A stretch of DNA of 64,000 nucleotides from the human T2T-CHM13v2.0 reference genome, Homo sapiens. Below the pieces are notes generated by a model, which was not told where the DNA came from, did no database searches, and worked only from the letters and a program-made list of their open reading frames with translations. The stretch lies in the NCBI RefSeq assembly GCF_009914755.1, contig NC_060930.1; one strand, 5' to 3'. Of the stretch, positions 52,181 through 64,000 are shown one piece after another; positions within the stretch are counted from its first letter, which is position 1, and every line of letters begins with the position of its first letter. The translations under genes were made by a program, and so were the position numbers.

Positions 52181-54299
52181 GGACTGTTTTGAAACTAGTA
52201 ACAGAGAATTACGTCTTGTGTGCTACCAGCTCAGTTATAACTGACCTATCTTCTCTATTTGCTACTGTTATTATCATTGTTATTTTGCTCACAGCAGCTG
52301 GGTAGTTTCAGCAAAATAATACTGAGAAGCAATCTGGATTAGGAGGCCAGCATTCTGGGCTCCTTTTTTCCCATCTGTGGAATACCACCATCAGCAAGCC
52401 TGCATCAAGAACCGTTTCTTGACACTTGCCCTGGGTACCAGCCTCTGGAAATGCAAGGATGGGTAAAACATGGTCCCTGCCCTAAAACTCGTCAGTGCCT
52501 CATAACCAGCAAGGACAAGTGGAGGGGCCTGCAAGTGGGAAGTGGTTGGGAAAAGAAGAGGAAGTGATGCTCTCAAATGTGCAGGGCTTGTCATGTGGAG
52601 GAGGATGATGTGGGGAAGGAAAACGTCCTTCTAGGCAAAAAGCAGTTTAAGTACAGGCCCTGGAGTATGAAAATATGAGGCTTAGTTGAGGACAGGGTAG
52701 GGCAAAAAGTGGAATGTGACTAGAGGATAGGGCTTAGGCGTGTTGTATTGAGTTGGAATGATGAGAAGTGTTGGCCCTGGAAAAATGGACGGGGGCTCGG
52801 TGGTGGAGTCTGTTGTGAGCCATCAAATGCTTTGGAGCAGGACTGTGATGTGAGCAGCTCTGTGGTTCAGAGAACTGCTAACCCTTTAGAAAATTTAAGT
52901 CGGAGAGAAGACAAGGTGTTTAGCAAACTGCAGTGTGAACTTGGAATTTGGTATTCTCTTTAACAGAATAACTTCTTCCCTTTTTTTTTACAAGAGATTT
53001 TTCAACCCAGGATATGTGGGCTGCCTTCTGAAGCCTTGTTAAATGATAGGGGAAAGGTGGGAACATTTATTTTCAGCAAATATAATTCAACAATGTTTAG
53101 ACTTCCCTAATTGTGTTGTACTAGTTGGTACTTACTTAAGGTCATTAGAGATTGGAATTCTTTAGAGGAGAGGGACTCATTTCTCAAAAATATTGAGGAT
53201 GGACACTGGGAGCTGAACTGGGACAATGTATTCCTCGTAACCACGAGTTTGGTGTGTCAGTTGGGAGTGACTGCAGGGTGGGATAGGTGTGAGCAGAGGG
53301 CCAGCTAATTTGCTGTCTTGATGACTCTGTGGGTGATGGCTTTAGGGGCTGGCAGCGTCTGGTGGAGATAGAATCTGTTCAAAAGGTGGAGCTGCCTTAC
53401 AGCAATTGCCAGCTCGCTGCTCACCTGCAGAGCATGTGCCCTCATCTGGGTCACGGCTCTGCCCCTCAGATGTTCCTGGTCCTCTGCTTGGATCCACCCC
53501 CTTCACTGCAGCTGAAACAGCCAACAAAGGAGCATCATGTGCCCGAGGCCTGAAAAGTTAGAGTGGATGTGAAGGAATTCAGACTGCAGGCCCCAAAGAC
53601 AATTAATGGTGTAGTAATTATTGTAGAGGCACAACATTGCCTTGTACTCTCAGGTTTTCAGAGTCCTCTGGGGAAGAAATACGAATTTTTTATAGCCTGA
53701 CTTTATACATTTCAAAGCTTGTACTCATGGACTAAGGGACTTGGATGGGAGGGTTGTGCAAAATGGGGGTAGGCCTCCTGTAAACTTGGTGGGTTGGACA
53801 GAACACATACCTCAATCATTTCCATCACTGAAAACAGATTGTTTCATTTTATGATTTTCCGAATTGTTGGCGAACATTTTTTGTTTAGTTTTGTTTTTTC
53901 ATGTGTTCTCGCATTTGAGATTGTGCAGGAGGAAGTAGGATTCTGGTAAGCTGAAGTGGAGCTTTTGGGGGACCTGGAGGGGAGCTGGGTTGGAGGCAGT
54001 GTCTGAAAGTGCTGCTTTTAGTGGGTTCGACCAGGGCACACTACTTAGGGGAAGCAGAGCACCATGTATGTCTCTGTGTGTAATCATCTCAACAACTTCA
54101 TGAGGTGTAGCTGTTATTTTCTCCTTTTTAAAGACAGGAAACTGAGGCTTAGAGATGCTCCTGTTTCTGAGATCATGCAGCCAGTGACACATGACCAGGA
54201 AGCTTTATGGCAGGCTTTAAGAGTTGTTCTTTTAGATAATCTCAATATACGGTGATACCTGGAGAGTTTCTACCACTTGACTCAATTTGTTTGTCTTGG

Positions 54300-54590
54300 G
54301 GCCGGGCGTGGTGGCTCACACCTGTAATCCCAGCACTTTAGGAGGCCAAGGCGGGCAGATCACCTGAGTTCAGGAGTTCGAGACCAGCCTGGCCAATATG
54401 GTGAAACCCCATCTCTATTAAAAATAGAAAAATTAGCCAGGTGTGGTGGTGGGCACCTGTAATTCCAGCAACTCGGGAAGCTGAGACAGGAGAATTGCGT
54501 GAATCCGGGAGGCGGAGGTTGCACTAAGCTGAGATTGGGCCACTGCACTCCAGCTTGGGCAACAGAGTGAGACTCCGTCTCAAAAAAAAA
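54300..54590 (+). mobile_element. AluS
   Basis: Full Alu. Confidence 0.9.
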
Positions 54591-56185
54591 GTTATGCTTT
54601 TGAGCTTAACACATTATTTGAATACCTCCAGCTTCATCTGAAATATCCTTAATTGAGCAATTGCTATGCTAGGTTTAGGCATGGTGGAGTTTGGTGTTTC
54701 TTGCCTTTGGGGAGTTGACATTATGAAAGGAATTCTTATGCCATGTGGACCCTGAGCCAAGTTCCCATGGGAAGGCCAAGGCTCACAGAAGCTCGCAGGA
54801 GTGGGTCTGCACTTCTAGGAAAAGCACAAGTAGGGGCTGAGAGCCCAGCAGGAAAGCAGGTTGGTTTTGAGTTTACAGTGTAATTTGGTGTTGAGGAAGG
54901 TGTCTGAGAAGATGGGTTGGAGGGATAGTGGGGCAAGGTGGAAGGTGGGGCAGGATTTGACCTTTTCTTCTTAATTTAAGTGGTAGGGAGTCCAAAGTTT
55001 TTGAGTAGAGAAGTCACAGTTGGCCTGCTTAGGCCTTGGAGACACCCTCAACAGTGGGCATGTGGTTTGTGTGTCTGTGCTTTGGGTGACTGCCGTGGCT
55101 CACTTCACTGTTTGCTTTTTGGCCTGAGGCAGAGAGTGCCTCCCATGGCAGCTCGTACAGGATGAACCAAGAGGCAGCACCCAGGATATCTGAATTGCCT
55201 AAAGCCACTGCAGTGATGTACACACATAGCGAAGCTTTATTTCTTTACAGCCATAGACTTGTTGAAAAGCTGAATCACATACTTTGCTTGATATTTGACT
55301 TTGTGGTTACCAATTCCAGGTGAGCCACCTTCGAGAGGGGTAACATCCTGTTGTCGGAAAGGTGCAGCCGGGCAGCAGGGAACCTGGGTTCCACTTTAGC
55401 CCTGACATAGAAGGTTTTGGTTCATGTCCCTTTGGTCTGGTAGGCCCCTTTTTGGTGCTTGTTTACGGAACTGATTTATCTTGTTTATAATGTTGGTAGA
55501 CGGGTGTATATACCAAGACCTCTGGTTTACTGAAGGTAGGGCCAAGAGCTTTCCAGCAGTCTGTTGAGTGGAGCTACGGGTCAGTCAGCACACCTGGCCC
55601 AGAGCACCGTGAGCTGGTGAACCTACTTGTCCCAGGTGTTGTAGTGTGGCACTTGAGCCCACTCTACTGACTCTCCCCTCCCTCACTCAATTTTGGAGTC
55701 TTGCTGTCTTTGCCTGTTGCTGTTCTCTGCCTCAGCCCAAAAGGAGACAAGGAGTGCCTTCACCTGCCCTCACTGGGGGCAAGAGCAAGTCTGGATAAAT
55801 GACTTTTACTGATAATTCCTCCAAATCATTTTTATCCTCCATAGCCAACACTCCTTCCTCTAAAAACCTGCAAAGTAGTAGTAGTAAATCCCTTTCCATT
55901 CCTCTCCTTTGCTCTTTCAGGCCTCTGGTAAAGCTGGAAGCGCCTGAAAGAGAGGCAACCGAAGCCAAGGCTGCCGTAATCCACGCGCTCTGGACGTCAC
56001 CCTGGGTGACTCAGATTTGGTTGCATTTGTCATTTCACAACCACCTGCATCTGATCCCACTGTGTGGGCAAACTGTCTGCTGGGAGTCTCTGCCTGGTGC
56101 CTGGTCTTGGGGGCATAGTGTTCTTCCCCAGAATTGCTTTTCCCAGCTGTTTCTCTATAGCTTTAGTCATGGGGTTCACTAGTGA

Positions 56186-56838
<653 letters not shown>

Positions 56839-57294
56839 AATACTCATTTCTAAGAAGCAAATATGTACCATCGTATGCCAGTCATGGTAAATGCTTTCTG
56901 TGCATTATCTTCATAGTCCTCACAACAGTCCTATTAAATTGGTATAATTATCCTCATTTTGCAGATTTGGAAGGTGGCATTTGGGGAGGTTACCCTAATC
57001 TTTTCAGTTACCTAACTTAATGTACAGGAGGCATTATACCTCTTGCAGTCTGTATTTCATCTGATTTAATCTTTGCATCAACTTAAAAGTTCACTGTTAT
57101 TTCTGTTTACAGATGAGGAAGCTGGGGCTTAGTTTAAATAACTTGCCCAAGGTTACTCTAGCTAGTTAGTGAGGGAGTCTGAATTCAAACCCAGGCCAGT
57201 GTACTCCAATACAAGTGCTCTTCATCTTTTCACTTCTGCATTTGTTTTTTAAGTAAAAATATCCACTTTTGGGCTGACAAAGCTGATAGCTTCT

Positions 57295-57374
57295 CGAACT
57301 CCTGGCCTCAAGGGATCCTCCCATCTCTGCCTCCCAAAGTGGTAGGATTACAAGTGTAAGCCACACGCCCGGCC
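57295..57374 (-). mobile_element. Tailless Alu 5' fragment with 16-bp TSD
   Basis: AAAGCTGATAGCTTCT (57279-57294) and AAAGCTGATGGCTTCT (57375-57390). Confidence 0.8.
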
Positions 57375-57472
57375 AAAGCTGATGGCTTCTATTGGATTTG
57401 TTTTCTAATGCTTTGTCCATTTTTAAATGGGGGAAGAAAGGGAGATAATGTACTATAGGTTAAGCTCCTTGA

Positions 57473-58079
<607 letters not shown>

Positions 58080-58094
58080 ACTTTTTGTTCTTTT

Positions 58095-58190
58095 TAAGCA
58101 TTTTATTCACTGATGCCTCCCAAGCGCTTGCCATAGTGCCTGGCACATACTAGGTGCTCAGTCAGTATTTGTTGAAGGAATGAATGCGGT
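58095..58190 (+). mobile_element. L2 3' end
   Basis: atagtgcctggcacatactaggtgctcagtcagtatttgttgaaggaatgaatg. Confidence 0.75.
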
Positions 58191-59049
58191 AGGGGTTATT
58201 TGACCTGTTTCACAGGTGGCGATATTGACACAGAGCAGTTGGGTGTCTTGCCCATAGGCATGCACCATTGTTGAAAACAGCTTTTGCTCTTCACACACAG
58301 ATCTTTTTTTTCTTTTAACAGATTTTTTTTTTACAGGTATAAAATGGAAGTCATTAGACCTAAGTGATGGGATTGTAGAGTGTAATATAACACACTATAA
58401 ATACCCCGTGTCTGGTATACAATGTCAACATTCAGTAAGTGTGTTTGTTGTGGTTGGAGCTTCTTTTCTGCATGTGCCCTCATTTTGGGTAGGGTTGCCA
58501 CACAGATAAGGAAACTTGAAAATTTGTGAGCCATGGAAACCTTTTAAAAACATGTTTAATTAATGCAGTGTTTCTATCTTTGCTATACTATCCATCAAGC
58601 AATACAAGTAGTCAAATTGGTGATAGGAGTTCACATCTATCCTGAGCAAGTCGACAAGTGGGTTATGACTGGCAAGATTTGATTAAATGATATTTGCATT
58701 TTCCCTGTTTACAATCGTAGAGCATTGCACTGGAAGGGGCCTCAGGGAAGCATGGTTCGTTTCTTTTCCTTATACCTCCTTAGCTTACAGGTGAGGAAAG
58801 TGAGGCCTGGAGAGATGCAGGGGGCAGGCTTGATGTGGAACTCTGGACTTGCATGTCACATTCTCTTAGACATCAGCTCACCCTGCCAAATCCAGGTGCC
58901 TGGACGGGCTTGTATGAACTTTTGTGGTGGAGCCACAATTATTCCTACTATGATGTTAGTAGCAGATTGTATCAATAATCCACCAAGAGCCAATACATCA
59001 AAATCAGGACTGTTTAAACATTGTTTTTTACCCATCATAAAATGTTCTT

Positions 59050-59190
59050 AGCCAGGCACCATGGCACACCCGGGAAGTCCCAGCCACTTGGGAGGCTGAG
59101 GCAGGAGGATCGCTTGAACCTGGGAGTTTGAAATCAGCCTGGGCAACATTGTGAGACTCCATCTCTAAATAAGTAAATGAATGAATGAAT
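59050..59190 (+). mobile_element. Alu monomer (FLAM-like)
   Basis: TSD AATGTTCTTA; (TGAA)n tail. Confidence 0.85.
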
Positions 59191-62044
59191 GAATGTTCTT
59201 ATTCATTGTACATAATAAGAAGGAATATGAAGAAAAAACAAGTTATCCTAAATTAAGATTATAAATAGTCCTAAGGATTAAAAATTATTTTTTCATCAGA
59301 ATTTTAATTATTTCACTGCACCTATGCCCATAATAGAAGAATTATAAATGAACCCAAAGGAAAAAACATCTAATGATGCAAAAAGGAAAAAGGAAAGTAA
59401 AATTGTTTATGCCCACAAGTCAGAGATAAATCATTGTTGATACTTTACTATTTCCTTTTAGGTGGTTTTCTATGGATATATACACATATTACAAAAATGG
59501 GATTTATTGTGGACAATAAAACCCATTTTTGTACATGTCTTTATACCATATGTTTTACAATTTTAATATGATATGACAAGTCTTTTTTGGTGTATTCAAA
59601 TATTCTTGAACATGAAAATCACATTTTGATGTGGCATAATTTTGGGGGGCAGGGTCATAGGCTAATGTTATAATTATTTTGCATTCCCTGGGCACTCATT
59701 GTGTGAGTGAAGGAACCTATCTTCTAGGTTACATGAAACCAACATAGTATTAAACTTTTTATGGTAAATTGTGAATACGTAGTTCATCAGAAATTTATTT
59801 TAAAGAGAAAAATACTGAACTGACAAAATGTGTGTGTTTATTTTTGGATAGCATGTGATCTGTCTTATTACCCCAAACCCGTGAGGGTTACTGATGAAAA
59901 ACAAATTGAGCAGTTCAAAAAGTCCTTTCGCTAGAGGGTTGGCCTCTCTTGAGAGGAAGGTGTTTGTTCTCTTACATAGGGCACTGTGTTGTGAATGTTA
60001 GGAATGATGTGATGTGTCCTTTATCTGTGGTTGTATTTTTACTGGATGTTTTTCTTTAATCAATGTCATGTTATTTGGACATTCTAGAGCAATTATTCCC
60101 CATCTTTTTAAATGTAAGATACTCTTTTAATGTAAAAAATTTCCAGACCAAGTGTGATTTTAATTATTTTTTTAGATTCTGTTGAGAAGCTCTAATGACA
60201 GAAAAACTCTATCGACATTTTAGTGGCACTTATCTTTATTAAATACAGCAGCATTTTCATATACTTGCAAAATAATTGTACATATATGTGTAAATTTAAT
60301 TGATTTCTAGATGCTTGATGAGCAAATGAATAAGTGGATCCCTTGAAATAGCTCCCTGGAGGGCCCCTGCCCTAGAGGAAGACAGATCCTGCATATGTAA
60401 CCCTAAAGTCTAATGTCAGGAAAATAACGATTAGACTAGTTCTGAACCGCAAGTGGAGTTCTGTAACTAGAGCTAAACGCCACTGTATGACAAGTTAGGA
60501 AGATATATTTTCTTCCACCTGTTCATACACTGAACGGTTTCCAGAGCAGCCCTTGATATCACCTCATTTTCCTCATCATTTCAAAGAATTCTATTGGGAA
60601 AGAGAATGCAATCAGCCAGATTGTAAGAAACATTTGGACATACTTAATGACTCTCCCTTGGCCCTTTTAATTAATCTACTGTGATCTATTAGAGAGAGGA
60701 CTGGGTTTGTTAGCTAGGAGACTAACGTAAGGTCCTGAATGCAAGCCCAACCTTGATTATGATTAAAACAGAAAAAGATATACTTCACACCTTGGTTTTT
60801 CCATCTCTAAAATGGGTAGAATTATCTTCCTTGTGCCTTCTTAGGAGGTGACACAATGATACCCATGGGCAGCATTTTCTTTCTTTTTAATCAGTAAACG
60901 TAAACAAAAACCTTTGTAAGGATGGAAGCTATTGGAAAGTACCATATAAAGGATTAGGACCGTAAATCCAGGGAAATTCTAAGCATTCTGAAAGCTGCTT
61001 TTAGGCAGGGCAGCAGCCAAAAGACCAGCTGGTAGATTGAGACCTTTCTGAAAAACCTGACTTCATTCTCTTGTGGTTCCATTTTCCTTTTTTTCAAATG
61101 GGGTCTAGTGGCTTAGCTGTGGTTATTCCACAGCTGATGCCTCTTTCATTGCTGTTCTTCTGGTTCTGACAACAACAGCATTCTTGCACCACTTAACTCT
61201 CCAAGATGCAGGCAGGGGAGGTGACTGCCTCATTTCTGATGTGCTTGTTAGCTACAGGAAAAGCATCTTAGTATTCTACCTTTGTCTAGGACTTGGGACT
61301 GGGAGCAGGTATTCCGTTTAAGTTTTATGTGCCATCTGTATATTTTCAAAAACATTTAACATGATCTTTATTTCAAGCTTTTATAGCCCTTTCAAGTTGC
61401 TCTAGGGGACTTAGCAAAACAGGTAGACAGTAAGTATGGATCAACTGAGCACAGGAAAGAATGGGATTTGGGAAGATCACATTGTTTGGATTTTCTGCTG
61501 ATACTAAAGCTGGATTTTTACTACACAGGCAGGGAGAAATTACTGTCCTGTGGTGGACCTGGTGAGAGAGGTGGCATATGACTAAGCAAGTCAGCTGACC
61601 TCAATTAAAGGGCTGTGACCATCTGTACAATGGGACCAGTACCTCCTCCAACTGTTGGTCTCAGCTGAGTGAGATTCCCATGTCTGAGGAGGTGATCAGG
61701 GGTGATGATGACTTTTGATGGAACTGACCTCACACAGGTTTCTGGGGGAAAAAACCCACCAAACTTTATTTTAAGAATTCTAAAACAATTTTACAATTCT
61801 GATTTGAGTAGAAGTTTGATTTGAAAAGGGACTTCATCTGCACCTTCTCTCTTGCCTTTGTTTATAGATGTCAGTAATGCCCGTATTTTAAAAAGTTGAA
61901 ATGAGTTATAAATTATATCTTAAGGATTTTAGTTTGTTTTGAAGAATTGTTTAATTGGCTAGGATTTCTCCCCCCTTCAGTAGCTTCAGATCCCAATGGC
62001 TAGGCAATATGGAGATAATAGTAAACAGGATTTTGTAAGAGATG

Positions 62045-62186
62045 TTATTTATTTATTTATTTTTAAATAGAGATAAGGTCTTGCTATGTTGCCCAGGCCG
62101 GTCTCGAACTCCTGGGCTCCAGCAACCCGCTATCCTCAGCTTCCCAAAGTGTTGGGATTACAGGCATGAGCCACTACCCTCAGCCT
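62045..62186 (-). mobile_element. Alu monomer (FLAM-like)
   Basis: Single antisense arm with TTTA tail. Confidence 0.85.
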
Positions 62187-64000
62187 GAGACATTATTTGA
62201 GGAGGAGGTCATGAATATATAATTAACTTAGGAGTACAAATGAAAAGTTTTCTCTTGAACCTACCTTTTTGAACAGAAGAGGTGATTTTTAGGTATAATG
62301 GTGTGCAAAGTAACAAATAACAGCCTCTAAAGACATTTAAAACAATAAATAAAGCATAAATATCTTTATTCAGGATGAACTGAGTTCTGAAGCCTGATGT
62401 TTTCAAGAGTTCTTTATTATCAGGTGGCTTGTGAAAGCCCGTCGTTAACCAAACGTGTTGTGTTTGCCTCAGAATTTTATTAAAAAGGTATGCATAGGTT
62501 CATATCCCCCTTATGTGAGGTGGCAGTGAAACAGAAACTTGATAGAAATATTGAGGAGGGGAAAAGATGAAGCCACCGCGGCACCTGGCCTCCCTCTTTC
62601 ACTTCCCTTTCCAACTCTGCTCCTTTGAGATGTTCTTCGAGAAGATGGAGGAAGCTTGCTGGGTTTAGGGTCATCACCCAGGATCTGGCGACGGGAGTGC
62701 CTCAACATGGGGAGTTCCCTCCCCAAAGCCCAGAGCTAACTCGTCACATCCAGCTGCTGTCAGGAGTTGAGCAGTCCTGTCCCCTGGCTTTCCTGGGAAG
62801 GCCTGGGTGGAGGCGGCAGGAGCAGGCAAGGGACCAAGAGAGTGCCTGCTAGACCTGATGCCTCTCCCTTCCCCCCTGAGCCCCCAGGGAAGGAGCTGCC
62901 TTATAGACTCGGGTACAGGGAGGCAGGGAATAGAGGGTTGGAATCCAGAAAAGAGGGTGGAGGGCATGACTGCAGTTACTGCCATTGTCTCAGGACAGAC
63001 AGACCAAGCCCTGGTACAGAAATTGTTTGGCTGTTGGCCTTTTCTCTTCAGATGTTTACATGCAGGAAGTGCCTTTGATAAAGTATGGTTTGCTAACATG
63101 AGTATGATATGCATGCGCATTTTTGGATGCCAAACACATAGGCAGATGAAACTAAGAAGCCAGATGCTAAGATAGTTGTTGATGAATTGAAACTAGCCTA
63201 ACTGGCTCCACTGTTGGAGTCATTTGCTCAAACTACTCCAAACTTTTGTTTGGTCTACTGAAAACATTAGTTGGAAAGGTACAGCGTTAATTTAAGGCAG
63301 GGAAGCCTCCAGCACGTGAGAGTCGTGTCTCTCTCGGTGATGCTGGGAGGGAAGGATGGGAGATGAGAGTCATTTCACGGCCGCCTAGCTCCTCCTCTTC
63401 CTCTCCCTGCCCTGGAGCTGCAGCCTCAGCTTTCAGAGTCTCTTGCCTGGTGGTAGGCCCGGCGAGCGGTTGGATTTTAAGTATCTCAGTTATTTTCAGT
63501 ATCATCAGTCATCACTTTCAGAGTTCCTTTTCTTTTTCAAGGGTACCCAGTCTAACTGTTTAGCTCCTTTTCAATAGCCCTCCTCACTCACTTACGCCTA
63601 GTCAGGAAGATTAATAATGTTAACTGATTTACTATCACTGCAAAAAGCATTAGTTAATTAGACTTTTACACCTCAGTCAGATGGCATTAGACACCCTTTG
63701 TGCACTTTAACTCAAGGATGTTAAAGACCTAAATCTTTCAGAAAAAAAGAAAAGAAAGAAAAAGGACAGGCACTTTTCCAGTTTAAGCTGCATGTTGGTC
63801 CATGTTAATTAGGCATTTGTCCTTTAGTCTGGAGGTGATAGAAAATGCCAGTTACTGTGGTATTTAACTGACATCAAACTCCTGTCCAAATAATTCAGTT
63901 GGGCCCAGCCTTCTCTCTTAATTGGTGGGAAGGAAAACTTCGGCACACACCCAGAATAGGGAGGAAACTGTTACGTTGAACATTTTGAAGTTTCATTCTG

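Overview
Human (primate) genomic DNA, not microbial: Alu-dense, with MIR, L1, L2, MER2/MER20/MER30/Charlie1 and MLT1 relics and a ~3 kb CpG island at ~32.3-35.35 kb. The island has the hallmarks of a + strand promoter with several alternative non-coding first exons (splice donors after 33374, 33666, 34317 and 34588), a (GCC)9 repeat and a (TCC)11 repeat. From memory, the 33275-33374 exon resembles the 5' UTR of RREB1; this is a moderate-confidence recognition that needs BLAT. The left half looks intergenic and the right half looks like a long first intron with a strong antisense Alu bias. No protein-coding exon can be supported: the ORF track consists of Alu translations, low-complexity sequence or GC-rich shadow ORFs. 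I found no new multi-gene system. The most unusual items are small: a 130-bp non-Alu polyadenylated insertion with a perfect 16-bp TSD (15387-15548), a 31-bp minisatellite built from a perfect 28-bp palindrome (28789-28943), a tailless Alu 5' fragment with a TSD (57279-57390), three re-used Alu target sites, a perfect DR1 element upstream of the promoter, and candidate 5' UTR cassette exons. Repeat boundaries were read by eye, so they are approximate and subfamily calls are tentative.
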